A stretch of DNA of 62,422 bases, counting the filler, from Jimgerdemannia flammicorona (lineage: Eukaryota), in the NCBI GenBank assembly GCA_003990765.1. It is 3 parts of 3 records of this genome, joined end to end, with 100 filler letters (N's around TTAATTAATTAA, not from the genome) between each part and the next. Parts side by side here need not be neighbours in the genome. Positions count along the whole stretch, not along the records: positions 41,688 to 62,422 come from RBNJ01001598.1; 2 more parts are not named here. The stretch is one strand, 5' to 3'. A program made the position numbers and the translations under genes. The notes beneath the pieces are model-generated. The model did not search any database. It worked only from the letters and a program-made list of their open reading frames with translations, and was not told the DNA's origin. Position 1 is the first letter of the stretch; each line of letters opens with the position of its first letter. This document shows positions 61,769-62,422 of the stretch, in pieces.

Positions 61769-62422
61769 TAGTGCATCACAACCCGAGCCGACCCATGTAC
61801 ATATTTAACCTGACCCGGAATTATACGTCACCCGTCTTTAACCTGACCCGGAATTATACATCACCCGTCTTTAACCCAACCCAGAATAATACGTCACTTG
61901 TCTTTAACCCGACCCGGAATAATATGTCACCCATCTTTAACCCGACCCAGAATTATACATCACCCATCTTTAACCCGACCTGGAAACGTACGTCACCCAT
62001 CTTTAACCCGACCCAGAATTATATATAACCCGTCTTTAACCCAACCTGAGAAATATACATGACCCGATCTGAGAAATATACGTGACCTGACTCTGACCCG
62101 TATTTAACCTGACACAGACCCGTCTTTAATCCGCCTTTAAGCTACAAGGCACCAAAAAAAATATATTGCACATCTAAGATATATTTAGAATAAACAAACA
62201 GAAACATAATTAGGAATCAGAAATCAAAATGAAATCGGAAATAAATAGGAAGTAAATCAGGAAAATAAAGAACTTACCGGTGTGAACAGATCTTACTCTT
62301 CATCGCTATAAACCAACTGATCCTCCTCTTCATCGCTATAAACCAACTGATCCTCCTCCTTCTCATATTCCGAACCATCTTCCTCCATATATTCTGAACC
62401 GCTTTCCTCTATATCCTCCTCC
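61769..62422. mobile_element. Probable hAT-like DNA transposon end with 33-bp subterminal tandem repeats, inserted in the gypsy protease
   Basis: Starts TAGTGCATC. About 8 copies of tttaacccgacccggaattatacgtcacccgtc. The other end lies outside the window. Confidence 0.55.

Noticed and set aside
61771..62028. 85-aa repeat ORF
   Set aside because: By-product of a 33-bp tandem repeat; no evidence of coding function.

Overview
Eukaryotic, intron-rich fungal DNA, most likely an early-diverging lineage such as Mucoromycota. That assignment is inferred from a phosphorylase-kinase regulatory-subunit-like gene, a family not typical of Dikarya, plus fungal CRAL-TRIO, SDH4 and Kre9-like genes. The window is three contigs joined by 100-bp N-linkers containing TTAATTAATTAA (20752-20851 and 41588-41687). 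Contig 1 starts with the 5' part of a minus-strand leucine-rich-repeat gene in which every 28-aa RI/NLRC3-type LRR is its own 84-nt phase-1 exon. Its introns are near-identical and its variation is concentrated at the exon junctions; this is the best candidate for an undescribed variable-receptor system. It is followed by about 12 kb of nested, heavily C-to-T mutated transposons and a Sec14/CRAL-TRIO gene. Contig 2 is all transposon: L1/Tx1-like LINEs (one full length with a 177-nt 5' hairpin), hAT-type MITEs and a dUTPase-carrying Ty3/gypsy element with a tRNA-Pro-like PBS. Contig 3 holds RNase H2 subunit B, DUF711, a GPI-anchored Kre9-like protein, SDH4 and a PHKA/B-like protein with an ILEI/PANDER domain, then a chromodomain gypsy element. 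Transposon copies show directional CpG and CpA (TpG) to TpA decay resembling RIP. All calls were made by eye; no database searches were run.
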